Of a stretch of DNA of 64,000 nt, positions 35,986 through 45,559 are shown piece after piece. Made by a program: the position numbers and the translations under genes. Numbering within the stretch: position 1 is the first letter of the stretch; each line of letters starts with the position of its first letter. The stretch lies in assembly GCA_016207275.1 (NCBI GenBank), contig JACQPY010000007.1:10265-74264 (forward strand), read 5' to 3'. Under the pieces are notes generated by a model. That model was not told the DNA's origin, made no database searches, and worked only from the letters and a program-made list of their open reading frames with translations. Source of the stretch: Candidatus Kerfeldbacteria bacterium (GTDB lineage Bacteria > Patescibacteriota > Patescibacteriia > SBBC01).

Positions 35986-37347
35986 ATGACCAATGAACAA
36001 CTCTGGCAGGTTGTCCTTGGTGAGCTTGAGCTGCTCATCAGTAAAGCTAATTTTACGACGTGGTTTAAGAACACGTTCGTCTTATCGGCTGACCAGGGGA
36101 CCGTGTTGATCGGCGTGCCAAACGCCTTCACCCAGAGCTGGCTGCAGAATAAGTACCACGATCAGATCATCAAAGCGCTTGAACACGCGCTTGACCAAAA
36201 ACCCGTCAAAGTCGAGTATCAGGTCTCGACCCCGAAACGCCACGCCGCCTCGCCCGGCTCGACCCCGACGGTCGACACGGTCGCGCCGAAACCAACCGCC
36301 AACGGAAACGGCCGCATCGAGGACTTCAATCTCAACCCGCGTTACCAGTTCGTGGGTTTTGTCGTTGGTAAGGGCAATGCGCTGGCCCATGCGGCGGCCA
36401 TGGCGGTTAGTGAAAAGCCGGGAGAAACCTACAACCCGCTGTTTATCTACGGCGGCGCTGGTTTGGGCAAGACGCACTTGATGCAGGCCATCGGCCACGA
36501 GGTGTTGCGGCGTTTCCCCGACAAACGCGTTCTGTACGTCAGCTGCGAGCGGTTCACCAACGACTTCATCCAGGCCGTCTCGCGGGGTCAGGCCGAATCG
36601 TTCAAGAAGCGCTACCGCACCGTCGACGTCTTATTGATCGACGATATCCAATTCCTAGCGGGTAAAGAGGGGACGCAGGAAGAATTCTTTCACACCTTCA
36701 ACGCCTTGCACCAAGTTAATCGGCAGATCGTAGTTACCTCCGATCGCCCGCCGAAGTCGATTCCCGCGCTCGAAGCCCGAATCACTTCGCGGTTCGAATG
36801 GGGCATGATTGCCGACATCGCTCAACCCGATTACGAAACACGGACCGCCATTCTTGAATCAAAGTGTAAAGACAAGCGCTACCGCCTATCCGCGGAGATC
36901 CTTCACTTCTTGGCCACCACCATCCAGTCGAACGTCCGTGAGTTGGAGGGCGCACTCAACCGCATCATCGTCTACCAACAACTCAACAACGCCGCGCCGA
37001 CGCTCGACGGGGTCAAGCAGTTGCTGGCCTCGGTCACCAGTCGCGCCCCGCGCGGCGGACTGACCGCCAAGCAGCTGCTCAATACGGTGGCCTCGTTTTA
37101 CGATGTCTCGCTTGACGACATGGTTGGTAACAGCCGCAAGAAGGAGTTGGTGTTACCACGACAAATCGCGATGTTTTTAATGCGCGAAGAACTCAAGAGT
37201 TCGTTCCCCAATATCGGTCACGAGCTTGGTGGGCGGGATCACACGACCGCCATGCACGCCGTCATGAAGATCGGCACTATTGTCGGCAACGACGACAAGC
37301 TTCGTCAGGATATCAACCTTATCCGCCAGCGTCTGTACAACATGTGA
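35986..37347 (+). CDS. dnaA: Chromosomal replication initiator DnaA
   Basis: AAA+ GGAGLGKTHLMQAIG, a sensor, and the C-terminal DNA-binding domain LGGRDHTT. Confidence 0.9.
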   Translation: MTNEQLWQVVLGELELLISKANFTTWFKNTFVLSADQGTVLIGVPNAFTQSWLQNKYHDQIIKALEHALDQKPVKVEYQVSTPKRHAASPGSTPTVDTVAPKPTANGNGRIEDFNLNPRYQFVGFVVGKGNALAHAAAMAVSEKPGETYNPLFIYGGAGLGKTHLMQAIGHEVLRRFPDKRVLYVSCERFTNDFIQAVSRGQAESFKKRYRTVDVLLIDDIQFLAGKEGTQEEFFHTFNALHQVNRQIVVTSDRPPKSIPALEARITSRFEWGMIADIAQPDYETRTAILESKCKDKRYRLSAEILHFLATTIQSNVRELEGALNRIIVYQQLNNAAPTLDGVKQLLASVTSRAPRGGLTAKQLLNTVASFYDVSLDDMVGNSRKKELVLPRQIAMFLMREELKSSFPNIGHELGGRDHTTAMHAVMKIGTIVGNDDKLRQDINLIRQRLYNM

Positions 37348-37597
37348 ATGACTGTGGGATTGTGGTCACAAAAATCGCGGGTGGCCACGGCACAAACTAG
37401 GGATAACTCTCCCCGCCGTTACCAAACCACCAACACCTTATCCCATTGACGCCGACGCCTGCCAACAACCCCCACCAACCCACCCACACTGCCACCAACA
37501 CAAAAACCACACCACCACCACCCCTAACCCCAACAAGCAACCACCGAAACAATGGTTATCCACTTTCCCACCGTCCTTATTACTATTACCATCTGGT
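37348..37597. promoter_or_regulatory. Candidate oriC in the dnaA-dnaN intergenic region
   Basis: DnaA boxes GTTATCCAC (about 37552), TTATCCCA and TGTGGGAT. An AT-rich stretch ttattactattaccatctggtatgaaaat. A CA-only tract of about 110 nt at 37440-37550. Confidence 0.5.
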
Positions 37598-38695
37598 ATG
37601 AAAATATCCTGCACTAAAGAGAACCTTACCACAGGACTGTCGATTGTTACCCGGGTAGCGGCCAAAAACCTTACGTTGCCAATCCTGGGCAACGTGTTGC
37701 TTCGGGCTACGGGCGGCACGCTAACGCTTGGGGCAACAAACCTCGAGGTTGGGGTTATTACGCGGGTGCGCGGTAAGGTTACCAAAGAGGGGTCAGTAAC
37801 CGTCCAGGCACGGCTGCTTAATGAGTTTGTAAGTTTACTCGACGACGATCGTATCGAACTTGAGTCAGATGGCACCTCGCTTCGGGTTGAGGGGGCAACT
37901 TCAAAAACCACCATCCGAGGAATTACCGCGGATGATTTTCCGATTATCCCGGCGGTGGCCCACGAGAGCGGCTTTCGGGCGCCGGCCACCACCCTCCACC
38001 ACGGGTTAACGCGTGTGCTTTTTGCCGCCGCGCAAGACGCCACCCGACCAGAAATATCTGGAATCTACGTTGCCCGGCGCGGAGCCGAACTGACCATGGC
38101 GGCCACGGACAGCTACCGCCTGGCCGAAGCCCGACTACAATTGGACGGCGCCGGCCGCGATCTTACTGCCATTATTCCCAGCCGAGCCTTAGCTGAACTG
38201 GCCCGGATCCTGCCCGTGGAGGGCCAGGTTGAGCTTTATCTCAGTGATAGTCAAGCCCTCTTCGTCACCGACGGCACAGAGTTGACCACCCGGTTGATCG
38301 AGGGCCAGTACCCCGATTATCAGCAGATCATCCCGGAATCGAGTCAGACGCAAGCGGTTGTTGACGTGGAAACACTGACCAAGGCGGTCAAAACAGCCAG
38401 CCTCTTCTGCAAACCAGGGATCAATGATGTCACCGTTGAGCTCGACCCAACCGGCCGGGTAATAACCTGCGCCGCTGCCAATGCCGAGCTCGGCGAGCAC
38501 CGCGGGCGAATCGAGGCGAAAGTCAGCGGCAAGCCAACCAGCATTGTCTTCAACTACCGTTACCTGCTCGATGGCCTAGCCAACCTCGGTACGGACAGCG
38601 CCACACTCGGCGTCTCAGATAACGCCAGTCCGGGCGTTTTACGGCCGCAAAACGGCGGGACATACCTGTACCTACTCATGCCTATTCGGCAGTAA
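37598..38695 (+). CDS. dnaN: DNA polymerase III beta sliding clamp DnaN
   Basis: Three-domain clamp, MKISCTKENL... Confidence 0.85.
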   Translation: MKISCTKENLTTGLSIVTRVAAKNLTLPILGNVLLRATGGTLTLGATNLEVGVITRVRGKVTKEGSVTVQARLLNEFVSLLDDDRIELESDGTSLRVEGATSKTTIRGITADDFPIIPAVAHESGFRAPATTLHHGLTRVLFAAAQDATRPEISGIYVARRGAELTMAATDSYRLAEARLQLDGAGRDLTAIIPSRALAELARILPVEGQVELYLSDSQALFVTDGTELTTRLIEGQYPDYQQIIPESSQTQAVVDVETLTKAVKTASLFCKPGINDVTVELDPTGRVITCAAANAELGEHRGRIEAKVSGKPTSIVFNYRYLLDGLANLGTDSATLGVSDNASPGVLRPQNGGTYLYLLMPIRQ

Positions 38696-38698
38696 TGC

Positions 38699-39025
38699 AT
38701 GGCCACGCGGCTCGCTGACCTTTTGGCCGGGGCCGTCGGACGGGCTGGCGCGACCGAGCAGGTGTTAGCCGCCCAAATCCTCCGTCACACCGCCAGTCTC
38801 CTCCGGGAGCTTCTCGGGCCGGACAGTCAACAGTTCGTTTTCCCCCGCTCATTTCGGCGCGGGGCTTTGACGCTGGTGATCAGCAATCAGGCGGTTAGCC
38901 TCGAGATCCGCTACCACGAACGCCAACTGCTTGACCGCCTGCGCCAACAATTCCCCCGCATCAGCATTGAACGTGTCCAACTCGTGCGTGGCGACCCGGC
39001 GGCTACGTCGGATGAAGCACGTTGA
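38699..39025 (+). CDS. DUF721/DciA-like protein (putative replicative helicase loader)
   Basis: 108 aa, conserved position after dnaN. Pattern ...VFPRSFRRGALTLVISNQAVSLEIRYHERQLLDRL. Confidence 0.55.
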   Translation: MATRLADLLAGAVGRAGATEQVLAAQILRHTASLLRELLGPDSQQFVFPRSFRRGALTLVISNQAVSLEIRYHERQLLDRLRQQFPRISIERVQLVRGDPAATSDEAR

Positions 39026-41657
39026 TGTCAAAGCTGGCCTCGCCGACGTTGCCGACGTCGTCGCGAGCAACTACCCGAATCGGGTAGAAGCCGTTACCGA
39101 CGTCAACTAGGGGAATGGCGACGGTGGTGGCCGTGGTCGTCGGCTGCGCTACGGCGACGCCGTTGAAGTAGAATTCGGTGGCCGCAATCGTTCGCGGGCT
39201 GCTGACGGAGACGCTGACTGCCACGCTGTCAGTGGTGATGGTAGCATTGGCGGCCGGACTGGTGATGGTGACCAGCGGCGCTTGCGTGCGCAGCTCGCAG
39301 GACTCGAGCGCCGGACGCTCTTCGAGGTAACCGTTTTTCTTAGCCCACGCGTGGACCGGGCCTTCCCACGAAGCGTATTGAGGGTCTTTGGTTGGGTCAG
39401 CTGGCGCCGGTCCGAGCGGATCACGCGGGTTAAGGTAGTGGAGAATAGTATGGACGGCGCGAACTATTTTTTCGGTGACGAACTCTTTCGGCCACGAGGC
39501 CAAGCACGAGTCGGGGATTTGTCGGCCGGTGACCCAGTCGACTTTAGTCGGCACTTCACCCTCAAGCTTGCCCTGGAGGATTGGTTTGTCGACCTTGGGT
39601 GACTTGGGCTTCTTGAACGACTCCGGTCGGGTACCCTGCAGGGCCTGGCGCATGAAGGCGTTCCAGATTGGGGCGGCCACCACTGATCCGTCGGCGCCGG
39701 GTTTCATCGCCTTATTTCTGGTCTCGCCGGTCCAGACGCCGGCGACGAAGCTGGGCGTGTAGCCGAGAGCCCAAGCGTCGCGGTACTCTTGGGTGGTGCC
39801 GGTCTTGGCCGCCACTGGTCGGTCCGGCAGCGTCAGCCGGTTGCGTGAGCCAAAAATAAAGCTGCGGGCATCGTTGTCGCTGAGCACACTGTTGATCATT
39901 CGGGCAACATTCTCGTCCAGAACGCGGCTGGCCGTGGCCTTGAACTCTTCTAGAATCTTGCCGCTCCGATCCTCAATCCGGAGGATCGGCGCGGTGGTGT
40001 AGCGCATCCCCTCGGTCGCAAAAGCGCCGAAGGCCGCGGTATGCTCGAGCAGGGTGACGTCGGCTCCACCCAAGACTAGCGACAGGCCGAGCCGCGAACG
40101 GTCATCCCAGGTGGTGTAGCCCATTTTTTGGGCTTGGTCAATGACGTTATCGATACCGGCCAAGTAGAGGGTTTTGACCGCCGGGATGTTAAGCGATCCG
40201 GCCAGAGCCTGGCGCATCGCCACTGGTCCGTGCTCCTTGCCGTCGTAGTTATTCGGCGCATAGTCGGGTCCACCGGCGTTCTTGAACCGAGTCTTCAGGT
40301 CGAATAGAATGGTCTCTGGTGTAAAGCCGCGACTAAAAGCCGTGGCGTAGACAATCGGCTTGATTGATGATCCGGGCTGTTGCAGCGTCAGGGCGACGTT
40401 GACGTTGCCGTCAATGTCTCGGTTAAAGTAATCACGCGAACCAACCATGGTCAGGAGCTGGCCGGTCTTAGGGTCGATCGCCACCAGCGCGACGTTCGTC
40501 GCCCCCCACCGCTTCTCGTTGGCCGGCGCCAGCTCGCCGATGACCTTCTCGGCCGCCAGCTGCTTGTCGACGTCGAGGGTCGTCGTCACCCGAAGCCCGC
40601 CGCGCTCGACTACCTTCTCACCGTATTTTTCTGTCAGTAATTCTTTGACGTAGAAGACGAAGTGCGGAGCAATGATGGTTTCCCGTTTCGGCTTGACGTT
40701 TTTAAGGACATCGTCTTGCTGGGCCGCATCGGCCTCCGCTTGCTTGAGGTACCCCTGCTCGACCATTAGGTCGAGGATGTAGTGAGCCCGGCCGAGCAGT
40801 TTGTCGGTATGGTTGCCGTAGGGCGAGTAGAAGGTCGGGGCCTGCGGCAGCGCGGCCAGGACAGCCGATTCGGCCAAGGTCAGGGAGCGGGCCGGTTTAC
40901 CAAAATACGTTTCGGCGGCGGCTTCGACGCCGTAGGCATTCGAGCCGTACGGGATTTCGTTGAAGTAGAGCTTGAGAATTTGCTCTTTCGTGAAGCGGCG
41001 TTCGATTTGGTAGGCGAGGACGACCTCGCGAATCTTGCGGGTCAACCTTTTTTCACTGGTCAGAATGGCATTCTTGACGAACTGCTGGGTAATGGTCGAG
41101 CCGCCCTGCGACGAACCGGTAGTAACGTCGCGCCACAGGGCGCGGACAATGCCGGTCAGCGAGAAGCCTTGGTGTTTGTAGAAGTCTTTGTCTTCGATGG
41201 CGACGGTGGCGTTAATGACCGACGGCGTAATTTCGCTCAGCTCGACCACGGTCCGACGCTCGTCACCATGGATTTCATAGAGTAACGTTTTACCGTCGCG
41301 GGCGTAAATCCGAGTTGATTGGGCGACGTTGCGATCAGAGATTTTGTCGGGGTCGGGGAGATCACGGGAAAACCAGGCAAACACCACCACGGTTGAAAAG
41401 ACAAAAAACAGCGCCAGCGTTGCGCCGAGCGGAAACCAAAAGCGGACCAACCGCTCGCGACGGGCTTGTTGACGGGCAGCAGCGCGCATCCGCTCCCAGG
41501 CGCGTCGCCCGGCTACCATGAACAAACCTCCCAGCGCGACCAGCGCCCGGAAGATGGTCGGACCACCTCGCGGCTTCGCGGCGCGCCAGGTACGATCAAA
41601 CCGGCGAGTTGGGTCTTCAGCGTTTGGCGGGGGTCGCTTGAGGTGGGGGATGGGCAT
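39003..41657 (-). CDS. Class A penicillin-binding protein (PBP1A-type transglycosylase/transpeptidase) with a C-terminal extension
   Basis: GT51 EDKDFYKHQG. TP SSIKP/SxN/KTG. N-terminal TM anchor. About 150-aa C-terminal Ig-like tail. Confidence 0.85.
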   Translation of the reverse strand: MPIPHLKRPPPNAEDPTRRFDRTWRAAKPRGGPTIFRALVALGGLFMVAGRRAWERMRAAARQQARRERLVRFWFPLGATLALFFVFSTVVVFAWFSRDLPDPDKISDRNVAQSTRIYARDGKTLLYEIHGDERRTVVELSEITPSVINATVAIEDKDFYKHQGFSLTGIVRALWRDVTTGSSQGGSTITQQFVKNAILTSEKRLTRKIREVVLAYQIERRFTKEQILKLYFNEIPYGSNAYGVEAAAETYFGKPARSLTLAESAVLAALPQAPTFYSPYGNHTDKLLGRAHYILDLMVEQGYLKQAEADAAQQDDVLKNVKPKRETIIAPHFVFYVKELLTEKYGEKVVERGGLRVTTTLDVDKQLAAEKVIGELAPANEKRWGATNVALVAIDPKTGQLLTMVGSRDYFNRDIDGNVNVALTLQQPGSSIKPIVYATAFSRGFTPETILFDLKTRFKNAGGPDYAPNNYDGKEHGPVAMRQALAGSLNIPAVKTLYLAGIDNVIDQAQKMGYTTWDDRSRLGLSLVLGGADVTLLEHTAAFGAFATEGMRYTTAPILRIEDRSGKILEEFKATASRVLDENVARMINSVLSDNDARSFIFGSRNRLTLPDRPVAAKTGTTQEYRDAWALGYTPSFVAGVWTGETRNKAMKPGADGSVVAAPIWNAFMRQALQGTRPESFKKPKSPKVDKPILQGKLEGEVPTKVDWVTGRQIPDSCLASWPKEFVTEKIVRAVHTILHYLNPRDPLGPAPADPTKDPQYASWEGPVHAWAKKNGYLEERPALESCELRTQAPLVTITSPAANATITTDSVAVSVSVSSPRTIAATEFYFNGVAVAQPTTTATTVAIPLVDVGNGFYPIRVVARDDVGNVGEASFDINVLHPT

Positions 41658-41776
41658 ACGGTTGAGTCCACGCCGGATACATCAACGTCCGCACCAGCGG
41701 TCGGTGATGCTCAGTAGCCGGTGCCTGGCGACTCGCGTCGCCGACGTGCTCATAGCCTGCCGAGCATAACAAAAAA

Positions 41777-42997
41777 GTGCTATACTTTCAAGCGTTTAGC
41801 GCACTAATGGACTCTCGCGAACTATTAACTCGTGGTATTGCTGAAGTCGTTGATCGAGCGCACCTCGGCCAACACCTCAGTCGTGGCCGCCCGTTGCGCG
41901 TTAAGTTCGGCATTGACCCGACCGGCGCGCAATTACACCTTGGTCACGCGGTACCGCTGCGAGTGTTGCGTCGCTGGCAAGACCTCGGTCACGTCGCTGT
42001 CTTGATTATTGGCGACTATACCGCCAGCATCGGTGATCCGTCAGGTCGTACTGAGACACGGCCGCCGTTGTCTGACGCCGCGATTAAAAAAAATTACGCG
42101 ACCTACGAACGTCAAGCGTTCAAGATTATAGACCAGAAACGTACCGAGGTCCGCTGGCAGTCTGAGTGGTTTAAGAAGTTTTCGCTAAAAGACCTTATCG
42201 GTCAGGCGGCGCAGCTGTCAGTCGGCTGGATACTGTCCCATGAAACGTTTCGCGACCGCGCCAAAAACAGGCAACCGCTGGCTTTTCACGAGCTGTTCTA
42301 CCCGCTGCTGCAAGCTTACGATTCAGTGGCGGTCAAAGCTGACGTGGAGGTCGGCGGGCTCGATCAAAAATTCAACCTGCTGACCGGCCGGGAGTTAATG
42401 AGAGCACACGGTTTGCCGCCACAGGACGTGGTCCTGACCAAGTACCTAATCGGTACGGACGGCCAGAAAATGGGCAAGTCGCTCAACAACTTTATTGCCC
42501 TGGAAGAAGAGCCGTTTGAGATGTTCGGGAAGATTATGTCCTTGCCAGATACCGTGCTGCGCGACTATTTCGAGCTGGCGACTGATGTGGCACTGGCGGA
42601 TTTTGAAAAAATGCACTGGTCAGGCGCCGAAGCGCGGAACACGAAGATGTTTTTGGCGCGCAAGATTGTTGAGGAGTACCATGGTGTCGAGAAATCGAAT
42701 GAGGCGATGCGAAAATGGGAAGACTTTCGAGAGGGAAAAACCGACGGCCGAACAGTCGAAGTAAAATTTTGGAAGGCGTTAAGAGACGTTGTAGTAAACG
42801 CCGGCTACGCCCGTAGCAATAGTGATGCTCAAAGGTTGTTCGAACAAGGAGCAGTTTATCTTGACGGAAAAATTGAAAAAGATTGGCGGAAAAATCCTTG
42901 GGATGTTGGTTTAGGCTGGCATCAACTCGTTATTGGAAAGAAAAAAAGAACGGTCAAATTTCTCATTCAGGCACTGCCAAAAAAGAAAACAATTTGA
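41777..42997 (+). CDS. tyrS: Tyrosine--tRNA ligase
   Basis: FGIDPTGAQLHLGH, KMGKS, and a C-terminal S4-like domain. Confidence 0.8.
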   Translation: MLYFQAFSALMDSRELLTRGIAEVVDRAHLGQHLSRGRPLRVKFGIDPTGAQLHLGHAVPLRVLRRWQDLGHVAVLIIGDYTASIGDPSGRTETRPPLSDAAIKKNYATYERQAFKIIDQKRTEVRWQSEWFKKFSLKDLIGQAAQLSVGWILSHETFRDRAKNRQPLAFHELFYPLLQAYDSVAVKADVEVGGLDQKFNLLTGRELMRAHGLPPQDVVLTKYLIGTDGQKMGKSLNNFIALEEEPFEMFGKIMSLPDTVLRDYFELATDVALADFEKMHWSGAEARNTKMFLARKIVEEYHGVEKSNEAMRKWEDFREGKTDGRTVEVKFWKALRDVVVNAGYARSNSDAQRLFEQGAVYLDGKIEKDWRKNPWDVGLGWHQLVIGKKKRTVKFLIQALPKKKTI

Positions 42998-43071
42998 CTT
43001 CGGAGCTCAGTCAAACGCATCCGGCAACTGTCAAGAAACACACCACCCCGCAAACACAAACAAGCGGTTAA

Positions 43072-43095
43072 CGTCATATTAGCCCCTCCTCACAT
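43072..43095. repeat. Palindromic element GCCCCTCCTCacatGAGGAGGGGC flanked by an A6 run
   Basis: 10-bp stem. Lies between tyrS and the end of the alpha-glucan operon. Confidence 0.6.
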
Positions 43096-43160
43096 GAGGA
43101 GGGGCAAAAAACGACCTATGTTTATTCCACTGCTTGTGGGGTGGTCTGATTGTTGAATGG

Positions 43161-44120
43161 TTACCGACGTTTCTTCGAGGGTCTTTTCTTCCCTTCTCCC
43201 CGGTAGAACCTAGCCGCATCTTCAGGTGGAACGGTGTTGACGATGAGCCGTGATCCGAGTTCGAGGCCGGCCCAGACGTCGCCGCGCGGCGCAATCCGAA
43301 GGTAGAAGTGTTCGTTTTTGTCGTTGACCAGCTGGTGGCAGAAGAGGTTGTAGGGCAGGCCGAGCGTACTCAGCTTTGTCAACAGGTGCTTGAGCATGGC
43401 GGCCAGCGACTGTCGCTCAACGGCTTTTAGGTTGCCGAGGTTGTCGACATGGCGCCAGGGAATGATCCAGGCTTCGTAGTTGTAGGACGAGGCGTACGGA
43501 GCGATCACGCCGAAGTGGCCATCTTCAGTAATCCAGCGCGGACCTTTTTGCTCGCGGACGAGGAGGTCCTCATAATAGCAGCGACCTTTCTGGATCTGGT
43601 ACTCTTCTGCCCGTCGGCGTTTGTCAACGATGTGCGGCGGGACGAACGACGAGGCGAAGATTTGCGAGTGCGCGTGGGCAATCGAGGCGCCGGCTTTTCC
43701 GCCGCGATTTTTGAAGGTCATGATGTACTTAATTTTCGAGTCCCGTTCGAGCGTGCGGATACGTTTGCCAAAGACGTCGATGATGATGGCGATGTGCTCG
43801 ACCGACAGGTCGGCAAACTCGACGTTGTGTTCCGGCGTATCAATCACCACTTCTTGGTAGCCGTAGGCTTTCGGGTTGCTCGCGTGAACAACGGGGTAGA
43901 CGTTCTTGATGACTTTGACGGTCCAGTGTAAGCCACGACCAATCGTCAAGAGCGCTTTGACGTCGCGCAGCTGCGGGGGACAGAAAATGCAGGTGGCCGG
44001 GCCTTGGTCTTGATGGACCACGGTCGTCGGCGGAAAGTCATGCGGTCGGCGCTTGCGTCCAGCCGCGATGATGACCACCCGATCGTGAATGTAGTCTTGG
44101 CGAATTTCTGAGGTTGTCAT
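43161..44120 (-). CDS. GalT-family nucleotidyltransferase (galactose-1-phosphate uridylyltransferase / ADP-glucose phosphorylase-like HIT)
   Basis: CIFCPP (CxxC). HIT motif SIAHAHSQIF. Last gene of the glucan operon. Confidence 0.65.
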   Translation of the reverse strand: MTTSEIRQDYIHDRVVIIAAGRKRRPHDFPPTTVVHQDQGPATCIFCPPQLRDVKALLTIGRGLHWTVKVIKNVYPVVHASNPKAYGYQEVVIDTPEHNVEFADLSVEHIAIIIDVFGKRIRTLERDSKIKYIMTFKNRGGKAGASIAHAHSQIFASSFVPPHIVDKRRRAEEYQIQKGRCYYEDLLVREQKGPRWITEDGHFGVIAPYASSYNYEAWIIPWRHVDNLGNLKAVERQSLAAMLKHLLTKLSTLGLPYNLFCHQLVNDKNEHFYLRIAPRGDVWAGLELGSRLIVNTVPPEDAARFYRGEGKKRPSKKRR

Positions 44121-45559
44121 AGCGTCTTCCGGGCTTGTTGGTACAGCTCGAGGTAGGCGCGGGCCGAGCGATCCCAGGAAAAATCTTGGGTCATGCAGCG
44201 ACTAAGGAGGGCTTGCCAGCGTGGCCGGTCGTGGTACCAGTGTAAACCGCGAGCGACGGACTCGGCAAAGGCTTTCGGCGTAAAGGGGGTAAAGGTGAAG
44301 CCCAGGCCGCGCTCAGGTTCAGCCGCGACGTCGGGGACCGTGTCGATCAGCCCGCCGGTGGCGTGGACGACGGGGGGGGTGCCGTAACGCATGGCGATCA
44401 TTTGGCCGAGGCCGCACGGTTCGAACACTGAGGGCATCAGGAAGAGGTCACAGCCGGCGTAGATCGCTCGGGCAAAGGCTTCGTCGAAGCCGAGACGGGC
44501 GTAGATGTGGCGGGGGTGTTCGCGGGTCAGTTTCTGGACCAGGCTTTCGTAGTCAGCCAAGCCACTACCGAGTAGGACGAGCCGGGCACCGGAACGTACC
44601 ATCATTGTACTATGCTGGACGATCAAATCAACGCCTTTCTGTTCGGTCAGACGGCCAATAAAACCAAACGTGGGAATCGTTGGATCAGGCGTAAAGCCGC
44701 ACTGTTCGTGTAGGGCCAACTTGTTTTCAGCTTTGCGTTCAATGGTGGCTGCGGTGTAGCGAACGCGAACGTACCGATCATGAGCCGGATCGTACTGGTG
44801 GGTATCAATGCCGTTGATAATGCCGACCAGATCGTCGCGGCGGTCCTGGAGCGATTCAGCCAGCCCTTCGCCGCGTTCGGGGGTGAGAATTTCTTGGGCG
44901 TAGTGTGGACTGACCGTATTGATCAACGTCGCGCCCAACACACCTTGTTGGAGGAGGTTAAGATCGCCATGGCGGTCGCGGGTGGCCAGGTGCCGGCCGT
45001 CAGCTTCCTGCAGTTCCAGAAACGATAAGACTGCGGCGGCGTTCCAGCCACCCTGGTGGGCCAGGTTGTGGATGGTAAAGACGGTCGCGGCCCGGACGGC
45101 CCGACGAGCCAGCAGAGCCGGCACTAACCCGGTATGCCAGTCGTGGCAGTGGACAATGTTAGGCTCCCAGCCGAGCAGGGGAACGATTTCCGCCACCGCC
45201 GCCGAGAAGAATAAAAAGCGGGCCAGTTCCGTGAACGGCTCGTCCACGCCGTGTTCGTTGTAGACTGGACCACGGCTGAGGTAGGTGGTGTTCTCAATCA
45301 AGTAGACCGGTACCTTCGTTTCCGGTAGCTGACTGGTTAGCACGCGGCAGTGTTCCTGACCGCGACCAGTGGTGACCACTACATCCGGCAACAGCGGTTC
45401 GAGCGAGGGATTACCCGTTAACCGCTCATAGCGAGGCATGATGATGCGGACATCGACCCCGAGCCGCTTGAGGGCAATCGGTAGAGCGCCAACGACATCA
45501 GCCAGTCCGCCGACTTTAGCGAACGGACTAACTTCGGCGCTCACCAAGAGGATGTTCAT
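44117..45559 (-). CDS. glgA: Glycogen/starch synthase (GT5, GlgA-like)
   Basis: N-terminal AEVSPFAKVGGLADVVGALP (K-x-GGL). Confidence 0.8.
   Translation of the reverse strand: MNILLVSAEVSPFAKVGGLADVVGALPIALKRLGVDVRIIMPRYERLTGNPSLEPLLPDVVVTTGRGQEHCRVLTSQLPETKVPVYLIENTTYLSRGPVYNEHGVDEPFTELARFLFFSAAVAEIVPLLGWEPNIVHCHDWHTGLVPALLARRAVRAATVFTIHNLAHQGGWNAAAVLSFLELQEADGRHLATRDRHGDLNLLQQGVLGATLINTVSPHYAQEILTPERGEGLAESLQDRRDDLVGIINGIDTHQYDPAHDRYVRVRYTAATIERKAENKLALHEQCGFTPDPTIPTFGFIGRLTEQKGVDLIVQHSTMMVRSGARLVLLGSGLADYESLVQKLTREHPRHIYARLGFDEAFARAIYAGCDLFLMPSVFEPCGLGQMIAMRYGTPPVVHATGGLIDTVPDVAAEPERGLGFTFTPFTPKAFAESVARGLHWYHDRPRWQALLSRCMTQDFSWDRSARAYLELYQQARKTL

Noticed and set aside
37438-38043. 201-aa minus-strand ORF across the dnaA-dnaN spacer and into dnaN
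   Set aside because: It runs through the CA-only low-complexity tract and overlaps dnaN antisense. Its composition artefact gives a Gly/Trp/Val-rich nonsense protein.
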